A DNA stretch of 22,963 nucleotides from Myxococcaceae bacterium. Lineage in GTDB: Bacteria; Myxococcota; Myxococcia; Myxococcales; Myxococcaceae. The notes under the pieces were generated by a model that was not told where the DNA came from, searched no databases, and worked only from the letters and a program-made list of their open reading frames with translations. This document shows, piece after piece, positions 15,518-21,201 of the stretch. Position numbers and translations under genes: made by a program. The DNA lies in the NCBI GenBank assembly GCA_020247085.1, contig JADCJJ010000554.1:1-22963 (forward strand). Reading direction: 5' to 3'. Positions within the stretch are counted from its first letter, which is position 1, and every line of letters begins with the position of its first letter.

Positions 15518-16482
15518 GCCGCCACCGGGGTGGCAGGCGGCGTCTCGGTGTTGGTGGTGGCCTCGGGCGCCTGCGCCGCAGGGCGGTCTCGGCGCTCGCC
15601 CTTCCACGCCGCGCTGCCCGCGAGACGCTTCGTGAGGTGCAGGCGCGCGGTCTTGAACTCGTCGCCGATGAGGCCGAGCCCGAGGAGAAACACGCGGAAG
15701 TCGTACTTCGCGGTGGCAACGTTGAACTCGCGGCGCCTGCTGGAGGCCGCCTTCGAGCCGAGCGCCTTCGCAGCCATCGCGAGCACCAGCTGGAGGTACG
15801 CCTTCACCTCGCCAGCGTGGAGCGTGCCGTTGAAGTATCTGAACTCAATCGTGCCGCGGAAGAAGAGGCTGTTGAGGTTGAGCCCGTGGTACCGCGAGGA
15901 GTCGTACCGCTGCGGGTTCGGGTTGCTGCGGCCGTACCAGGCCTCGCTCAATTCGCGCATCGTGCGCGGGCGGCGGGCCTCCAGCCGCTCGATGAAGGCC
16001 GGGTCGATGGGGCGGCAGTACCGCTGCAGCCGCGTCTCGCTGACCCCGAGGGCGTGCTCCAGCAGCCGCTCCTGCTTGTGGACGTTCTTCACGAGGTTGG
16101 TGGTGCTCTTCGCGTCGAAGCGCGCGCCGTCGATGTGAATGTGAATTCCGGTGGAGTGGTCTGCGCGAGCCCCCGCCGTGCGGACCGCGCGGATGATGTT
16201 CTGGAGCGTGTCGAGGTCCGCGTAGGTGAGGACCGGCGAGACGATTTCACCGCTCTGCTCGCCGCCGTTGAGGCTGCCGTCGGGCACCACCTGCCATGCG
16301 CGGCCCGTCGCGTCGGTCACCCGCCAACCGCGTCCGTCGTTCACCACGTCGCCTCCGGTGACCGTCTGGATGGCGCGCGCGAGGCGCTCCCGGTTGAGGC
16401 CCACCGTTTCGATTTCGATGCCGTAGCGCAGCGTCTTCAAGTGCGATCCCGTTCCGCCGCGCTGGTTCGCGGCGAGGGACAT
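15514..16482 (-). CDS. Glutamine-synthetase-like putative amidoligase (Amidoligase_2 / PF12224-like)
   Basis: The motif order [11 protein letters not shown] ... SGEIVSP ... [10 protein letters not shown] ... [10 protein letters not shown] ... [13 protein letters not shown] matches my memory of the carboxylate-amine ligase fold of the phage/ICE-borne putative amidoligase family. GAAGGAAG lies 6 nt upstream of ATG 16482. The C-terminal tail is disordered and Pro/Thr/Ala-rich. Confidence 0.75.
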   Translation of the reverse strand: MSLAANQRGGTGSHLKTLRYGIEIETVGLNRERLARAIQTVTGGDVVNDGRGWRVTDATGRAWQVVPDGSLNGGEQSGEIVSPVLTYADLDTLQNIIRAVRTAGARADHSTGIHIHIDGARFDAKSTTNLVKNVHKQERLLEHALGVSETRLQRYCRPIDPAFIERLEARRPRTMRELSEAWYGRSNPNPQRYDSSRYHGLNLNSLFFRGTIEFRYFNGTLHAGEVKAYLQLVLAMAAKALGSKAASSRRREFNVATAKYDFRVFLLGLGLIGDEFKTARLHLTKRLAGSAAWKGERRDRPAAQAPEATTNTETPPATPVAA

Positions 16483-16572
16483 ACACGCTTCCTTCTGGCC
16501 GCCTCAGCAAGCGGAAGAAGTCGAATTCTGATGTAATTTCATGATGTTGGGGTGATGCGACGTTCCGCGGAG

Positions 16573-16803
16573 TTACCGCCTCGGCCGCCCAGAACTGCGC
16601 CGATTTGGGCCTCTTTGGCGGGGGAAACCGGCCCGTCTCCCGGCCCTGAACGCGGCCATCAGCGCCGCCCGGAGCGAATACTTCGGGCACCACACCGCGA
16701 GCCCCGCGAGGTCGGTGGCGTCGACCTCGAAGTCTTCGATGTCGAGGAATCTGCGCGCGATCGAGAGCGCGATCTCTGAGCTTCGCGGGGCAGCCATCGT
16801 CAC
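16573..16803 (-). CDS. Possible small hypothetical protein (76 aa)
   Basis: A GTG at 16803 overlaps the upstream stop (GTGA), with an alternative ATG at 16797. The first half has reasonable codon bias. The Arg-rich C-terminal third looks less protein-like. Confidence 0.3.
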   Translation of the reverse strand: MTMAAPRSSEIALSIARRFLDIEDFEVDATDLAGLAVWCPKYSLRAALMAAFRAGRRAGFPRQRGPNRRSSGRPRR

Positions 16804-17303
16804 GCCTCCTGCGCGAACGCGCGCGCGGCATCGATGGCGCCGAGGTGCTTGAGGTAGTGGCCGAGCGCGCGCCGGAAGAACTCCATCCGGTTCGGGATGT
16901 CGCGCTCGCGCCAGGCGTCATCCATCTTGTCGACGACTCCGGCCTCGAGCCGCAGTGGCAGAATTCGCATGTCGGTGGGCTCACCTTCACGCCGACGCGT
17001 CGCGCGCGGACCGACCGGCACGTGACCCTTCTCGGCCTCGCGAATCTTCCAGACCAGGTACGGCTTCGATGAGGAGCCGCTCGGCCGACCGACGACCTCT
17101 ACGTACTTCGCGCGCAGTTCCTCGACCGAGAGTTCCTTGAAGCGACCGCGCGGCTTCGCCTCAGCCTTCTTTGCGAGCGCCTCATCGATGCGACGAATGA
17201 GGAACTTCCGGTTCGGGCTCTTCGTCACCTCGCCCACGACTTCCTTGAAGCGCGCCTGGAGCTCAGGGAGTCGCAGCGCGTCCAGCTTGTCCTTCGTTGC
17301 CAT
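16800..17303 (-). CDS. DUF2924-like tandem-repeat protein with a C-terminal ribbon-helix-helix (Arc/CopG-type) domain, likely a phage regulator
   Basis: The start is taken at ATG 17303 (MATKDKLDAL...), with GAGGTG 6 nt upstream. Two copies of an L..eL...(F/Y).EVVG......(K/R)..L(I/V)..I.EA module are present: LPELQARFKEVVGEVTKSPNRKFLIRRIDEAL and VEELRAKYVEVVGRPSGSSSKPYLVWKIREAE. The C-terminus RILPLRLEAGVVDKMDDAWRERDIPNRMEFFRRALGHYL fits an RHH beta-strand plus two helices. Confidence 0.6.
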   Translation of the reverse strand: MATKDKLDALRLPELQARFKEVVGEVTKSPNRKFLIRRIDEALAKKAEAKPRGRFKELSVEELRAKYVEVVGRPSGSSSKPYLVWKIREAEKGHVPVGPRATRRREGEPTDMRILPLRLEAGVVDKMDDAWRERDIPNRMEFFRRALGHYLKHLGAIDAARAFAQEA

Positions 17304-17379
17304 GTGCATCACCTCGTCGGGCGCTGGGTACACGTCTCCCTCGGGCACGGGCCCGTTCGCAGCCGAGGGTGTTGGGGAA

Positions 17380-17550
17380 TCACTTCGTGGAAGTCGCCAC
17401 GGACGCGGCGCCGGCTCGGTACGCGGCCTCGAGCGCCTTCTTCACCTGCCACACCGCGACGTCGTGGAAGTCGAGCGAGTCCATCTTGCGCGTCTCCAGC
17501 GTCTCGATGCTCAGCACCTTCTTCGCGATGTCGGCGAGGGTCTCGTTCAT
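17380..17550 (-). CDS. Small 56-aa ORF absent from the supplied track (hypothetical phage/plasmid-type protein)
   Basis: My manual translation is MNETLADIAKKVLSIETLETRKMDSLDFHDVAVWQVKKALEAAYRAGAASVATSTK*. ATG 17550 overlaps the stop of the 84-aa gene (ATGA at 17547-17550). GC3 is high. It fills an otherwise unexplained gap of about 200 nt. Confidence 0.5.
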   Translation of the reverse strand: MNETLADIAKKVLSIETLETRKMDSLDFHDVAVWQVKKALEAAYRAGAASVATSTK

Positions 17551-17801
17551 CGGTGCTTCCTCGCCAAGCGGAACGGCGTCTTCGAGCCGTAGCGAAGTTG
17601 CTGGCCCTCGACGAGGAAGACGTCCGTGGGCGGGAGGTCGCTGGTCGACGCCTTGCCCTCCTCGTCGGGCTCGTCACACTCGGCGCGCGTCACCACGCCA
17701 GAGAGCTCAATCTCGAACGGCCAGTTGGGCTGCGACGCGATGAGGACCTGCGCGTTGGGCTCGAGTTCCTTCAAGACGGCAATCAATTCCTTTACCTTCA
17801 T
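17547..17801 (-). CDS. Hypothetical 84-aa protein
   Basis: ATG 17801 (MKVKELIAVLKELEPNAQ...) has GGAG about 7 nt upstream. Codon bias is good. I recognised no family. Confidence 0.55.
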   Translation of the reverse strand: MKVKELIAVLKELEPNAQVLIASQPNWPFEIELSGVVTRAECDEPDEEGKASTSDLPPTDVFLVEGQQLRYGSKTPFRLARKHR

Positions 17802-17913
17802 GTTTCGGCTCCGTCCGGGTGGTGGCCTTCTGGGCGCCGGCTCGCAAAGCCATACATCCTTCTTTTCAAAGACAGCTCAAGTCGAAGAAGCGATGGCAAC
17901 GTCGAATGATGCG

Positions 17914-18318
17914 TCAGTCGGCCGGGTCGAGCTTTTCGAAGGGCTGGGCGAGGAGCTTCAGGCCGTCGGGGAAGAACTCCTTCACGACAAGCGGGTCGGC
18001 GTCGGCCAGCGCCGGTGCTGCGAGGCGGGCATCGAAGCGCCCCTGCTTCACCAGCGAGGCATGGAGTTGGTCGACGAGCAGGCGATGGAGGTCTCCGTAG
18101 CTCTTCGGCGCTGAAGTCGGTGCAGCCCCCGAGCGAATGAGGAACTCCTCTGCCTTGCACTTGGGACACGGCGGCAGTCGCACCACGCGGCCGTCGAGGT
18201 CGTCGGCGACGATGCTCCCAACACCAAGCGAGAGCGTCGCCAACTTTGAGCGCGTCGCCGTCTGGCACATCGAGCACCGCTGGAGCACTTCTTCGCTGCT
18301 GAGCTCTTCGATGGGCAT
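17914..18318 (-). CDS. Hypothetical 134-aa protein with a CxxC...CxxC zinc-ribbon-like motif, sitting where a tail-fibre accessory or assembly gene would lie
   Basis: CSMC (aa 15-18) and CPKC (aa 50-53) are present. The gene starts 8 nt downstream of the tail-fibre-like gene. I recognised no family. Confidence 0.5.
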   Translation of the reverse strand: MPIEELSSEEVLQRCSMCQTATRSKLATLSLGVGSIVADDLDGRVVRLPPCPKCKAEEFLIRSGAAPTSAPKSYGDLHRLLVDQLHASLVKQGRFDARLAAPALADADPLVVKEFFPDGLKLLAQPFEKLDPAD

Positions 18319-18325
18319 GCGGGCC

Positions 18326-20221
18326 TCACGCGATGGCGGTGTAGTCGCCGTACCAGTACGACCAGTTGCTGCTGCCGACGTTGGCGTTGATGGTGAACGC
18401 GAAGCCGTCGCGGGTGACGTTCTGGACGACGGTGTTGGGCACGCCCCCGCTCGCGTCTCGGACCGCGAGGGTGATGGACGACGGCGCCGCGGGAAACCGG
18501 CTGCGGAAATTCACGACGTTGCCGAGCATCATGAACTGCGATGCGCCGGTGGGGTTGTACATCTTCGCGCCGCAGTAGCCGGTCTCCCGAACGGTGCCGC
18601 TGAGCTCGAAGGCAGAGTTCACCACGTTGCTGTCGATGGGCAGTCTCCAGGTGCGCGTCCACAACGCGAACTGCGTCGCGGGCGTTCCTTCGTGGACGAG
18701 CTCAAAGGTGTTCCGGCTCAGCCTCAGCGCGGCCGCGTTGCCTGTGGCCTGCTTCACCCACTGCGTGCCGTTCCAGCTCGCGTTCATGGTGAGCCAGAGC
18801 GAGTCGCCATCGAGGTAGACGCGGAAGCGCGCGACACCAGCGCCCGTGCCTTGCGCGTCCCAGAGCAGCGCCTTCGTGCTCCCCGAGAACGGCGGCTGGC
18901 GAATGGTGCGGTGCATGCCGGCGGGAACGGCTTCGTTGGCGCGGAAGTGGTCGGCCCCCGCGATGGCCATCAACTCGGCGAGCGCGTCCTCCGTGTTCCC
19001 GGCGTTGAGACGATTTGCCGCGTCCTGGACGGTGATGGTGCTGGCCGGGTGTGCTGCGAAGAGCTCGTTGAGGTGCGAGTTGTGGGCGGACAGCAGGTCG
19101 AAGAGCTGACCGGCGACCGTCTTCGCAGCGAGTGCGACGGGCGCACCGACGAAGGGCATCGAGCCAACACGAGTAGCTCCGGCCGCCGCGATGGTCTGGT
19201 CTGCGAGCGCGGCCACCAGGCTCTGCAGCTGCGCCTGAACGCTCGTCGTCGTGATGTAGCTGTGCGGCGTGGCAGAGATGGCGCTGGCCGCGTGCGCATC
19301 TGACACGGCGGACACGTGGCCGTTGAGGAGCCCGAGCAGCGCCCCGAGTTGGGTGGCAACCGTGCCAGGCGCGAGCGGGTTCGGATTGCCTGGGACTCCT
19401 CCGGCACCGACTGCAGCAGAGCCACCCGCTCCGGCGAGGTCGTCGACCAGCTCGTCGATGGCGCCTTGCACCGTGTTCGCCGCCACCATCCCGTGGGGCG
19501 CGTAGTCGACCTTGGTCGCGGCGTGCCGGTGCGCGGTGCCGTCGAAGTGGTCGGTCAGCACCGCATCGATGGCGTCCAGAGCTGCCTGCACCGTGGGCGC
19601 CCCCGGCGCCAGCGAGTTCCAGCCCACCGTGGTGATGCCGACCGAGCTGCCCTGCACGAAGACGAACGCCTGGCGCCGCGAGGTGTCGATGTCGGTGGTG
19701 ACGATCTGCGTCTGCCCAGGCCGACGGCGCACGTCACACAGCAGCAGCTCATCAGCCTGGAGCGCCATCTTCGGCGAGGCTCCAGCGGCTCCCTCCGCCG
19801 CCTGACGCACCACGAGCTCGAAGGACTCGTCTCGGCGGAAGAAGACCTGCTGCGAGTTGCCGTCGGTGCGCGGGTCGGAGAGCAGTCGCTTGAAGCGGAG
19901 GAACACGCCAAGCCACCGCTCGTTGCCGGCGGTCGAGACGTCGGTGGGAATGCCCGAGAGGTCGTTCGAGCAGTCGACCGTCTGGCCTGTGCCGAAGAAG
20001 AGCCTCTGGCCCAGATTGTCGTACGCGCGCGCAGGCGCGGTCAGGTCGATGGAGAGGTCGGGGACCGGCGAGTGCGCCGACGGGACTCCGCCCGAGACGA
20101 CGCCGTAGATGCGCAGGTCGGCCGCGAGGTTGTGGAGCGCCTTCTCGAGCAGGCTGAAGCCGAGGTCGAGCTCGGCCTCAGTGACGCGCTGCCGGAAGTA
20201 GTAGTCGAGCCTGTCGGCCAT
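18326..20221 (-). CDS. Phage tail-fibre / receptor-binding-like protein (631 aa)
   Basis: The start is taken at ATG 20221 (MADRLDYYFRQRVTEAELDLGF...), because the listed longer ORF would run into the tRNA. It lies downstream of a gpI-like baseplate gene. An internal module H.A(A/S).(I/V)....(T/S)VQ.A(I/L)(D/Q).L is repeated. The C-terminal part is rich in beta-strand-type residues (Asn/Ser/Thr/Trp/Tyr). Confidence 0.65.
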   Translation of the reverse strand: MADRLDYYFRQRVTEAELDLGFSLLEKALHNLAADLRIYGVVSGGVPSAHSPVPDLSIDLTAPARAYDNLGQRLFFGTGQTVDCSNDLSGIPTDVSTAGNERWLGVFLRFKRLLSDPRTDGNSQQVFFRRDESFELVVRQAAEGAAGASPKMALQADELLLCDVRRRPGQTQIVTTDIDTSRRQAFVFVQGSSVGITTVGWNSLAPGAPTVQAALDAIDAVLTDHFDGTAHRHAATKVDYAPHGMVAANTVQGAIDELVDDLAGAGGSAAVGAGGVPGNPNPLAPGTVATQLGALLGLLNGHVSAVSDAHAASAISATPHSYITTTSVQAQLQSLVAALADQTIAAAGATRVGSMPFVGAPVALAAKTVAGQLFDLLSAHNSHLNELFAAHPASTITVQDAANRLNAGNTEDALAELMAIAGADHFRANEAVPAGMHRTIRQPPFSGSTKALLWDAQGTGAGVARFRVYLDGDSLWLTMNASWNGTQWVKQATGNAAALRLSRNTFELVHEGTPATQFALWTRTWRLPIDSNVVNSAFELSGTVRETGYCGAKMYNPTGASQFMMLGNVVNFRSRFPAAPSSITLAVRDASGGVPNTVVQNVTRDGFAFTINANVGSSNWSYWYGDYTAIA

Positions 20222-20278
20222 GCGCGTGGTTCCAAAGCGCCGAGCGCGGGCCGAAGGGGACTGGTGGAAGTCTGGGAG

Positions 20279-20354
20279 TGACCCCGGCGGGACTTGAACC
20301 CGCAACCTCCCGGGTCATTACTCCGGGCGCTCTGCCAATTGGAGCTACGGAGCC
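20279..20354 (-). tRNA. Non-canonical tRNA with a 9-nt anticodon loop (AGUAAUGAC); isotype undetermined, body is class I with discriminator A
   Basis: The reverse complement folds as follows: acceptor GGCUCCG/CGGGGUC (7 bp, two G.U); D arm GCUC-CAAUUGGCA-GAGC; anticodon stem CCCGG/CCGGG enclosing AGUAAUGAC; variable AGGUU; T arm GCGGG-UUCAAGU-CCCGC; discriminator A; no CCA. All arms except the anticodon loop are canonical. Confidence 0.6.
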
Positions 20355-20367
20355 TTCAGCGACAACC

Positions 20368-20736
20368 TTACCCAGTCGTCGGCGCGGCGGGCTGGTCGAC
20401 GACTTGTTCTTCGACGAGGAACGACTCCATCCAGCCATCGACTGAACGCACCAGCGCTTCCTGCGTAGCGAGGTCGGTCGTCGCGTGACCCTGCGCGTAC
20501 GCTCGCCCCGACAACCCGAGTCGCACGCACCGCAGGTGACCCGTTGTGTGGAGCTTCCCCTTGAGATGTCGGCGCAGGCAGTACAGCCGCGTGACTTCAG
20601 CTTTTGCGAGCAGCAGCGGCGCGTAGTCGAACGACTCTCCCGGCTCGCGGGGTTGACGACGCTGCTTCTTGAACTGCTTGAGTTCGGCTTCGAAGCGCAC
20701 GAGCGCCTCCCGCCATCGAGTGAGGTCGAGCTTCAT
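20368..20736 (-). CDS. Hypothetical 122-aa protein immediately upstream of the non-canonical tRNA
   Basis: ATG 20736 has AGGAGA 7 nt upstream. The stop lies 13 nt before the tRNA 5' end. I recognised no family. Confidence 0.55.
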   Translation of the reverse strand: MKLDLTRWREALVRFEAELKQFKKQRRQPREPGESFDYAPLLLAKAEVTRLYCLRRHLKGKLHTTGHLRCVRLGLSGRAYAQGHATTDLATQEALVRSVDGWMESFLVEEQVVDQPAAPTTG

Positions 20737-21123
20737 CGTGGTTCTCCTGTGGTGTGGTTGAGGGACGGTCCGGCCAACCGCAGGCGTGAGAGCAACCTGC
20801 GGAGTTCGGGGGACCGCCGAAGCGGGCGGAGGCCAATGGCCATCAACGCGCCACTCCAGGGCGGATCGGGTTCTCGAATCGCGATGAAGGAGACCGCAGC
20901 GCCGGTGAGGAGCGCTTCGAGACGCAGCAACTCTGCTTCGGAGTCGGCGTGAAGCGCGACCGCGCGGGTCGCTGGCGGGAGACTGCCGGGCGAAGACTCC
21001 CCGGCGGCGTGGATCAGCTGTGCGAGCTGAACGCCAAGGGGAACGTCACTGCGAACGATACAGTAGTGGTGGAGCGGCGAATCAGCTGCAGCAATGTCGG
21101 CGGCAATGTTCTGCGCGGCTCAT
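20733..21123 (-). CDS. PTH2-like (peptidyl-tRNA hydrolase 2 family) domain ORF without a canonical in-frame start; it needs a +1 shift from ATG 21123 or a non-canonical start, or is a pseudogene
   Basis: A 128-codon open frame (21119..20733) reads ...HHYCIVRSDVPLGVQLAQLIHAAGES...TRAVALHADSEAELLRLEALLTGAAVSFIAIREPDPPWSGALMAIGLRP...RLRLA... This matches the PTH2 pattern: a beta-strand, R.D...G..aAQ..HAA, then v.l....e.eL..L......g.......D/E.......t.laiGp. The track lists only the last 65 codons, from TTG 20930. The frame is closed by TGA at 21122-21120, which overlaps ATG 21123-21121 in the neighbouring frame. Confidence 0.5.
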
Positions 21124-21163
21124 GTTCGAAATCATAACCAACACCACCGACGCCGCAAGGTAA

Positions 21164-21190
21164 GAGGACTGACATGTTGGGAGGACTGAC
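21164..21190. repeat. 10-bp direct repeat GAGGACTGAC x2 (17-nt period) in the gap between the glycosyltransferase and the PTH2-like ORF
   Basis: GAGGACTGAC occurs at 21164-21173 and again at 21181-21190, in a locally A/T-richer stretch. Function is unknown. Confidence 0.5.
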
Positions 21191-21201
21191 TGACAACAGC
21201 G

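Noticed and set aside
15201-15719. N-terminal extension of the GGCT gene (listed 14754..15719), and likewise 15518..15607 for the 106-aa gene and 20222..20305 for the fibre gene
   Set aside because: The extensions are Arg-rich shadows overlapping better-supported genes. For 20222..20305 the extension overlaps the tRNA. Internal ATGs with overlap junctions or RBS give the conserved N-termini.
15278-20281. Plus-strand ORFs 15278..16138, 15637..16536, 18137..19303 and 19316..20281, and minus-strand 18048..18662 and 16247..16990
   Set aside because: They are shadows antisense to, or frame-shifted on, the amidoligase and tail-fibre genes. They are Arg/Gly/Asp-rich and low-complexity.
20733-20930. 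Listed 65-aa ORF starting at TTG 20930
   Set aside because: It is not an independent gene. It is the C-terminal half of a longer open frame (to 21119) whose full translation matches the PTH2 domain pattern. The TTG start would cut the domain in two.
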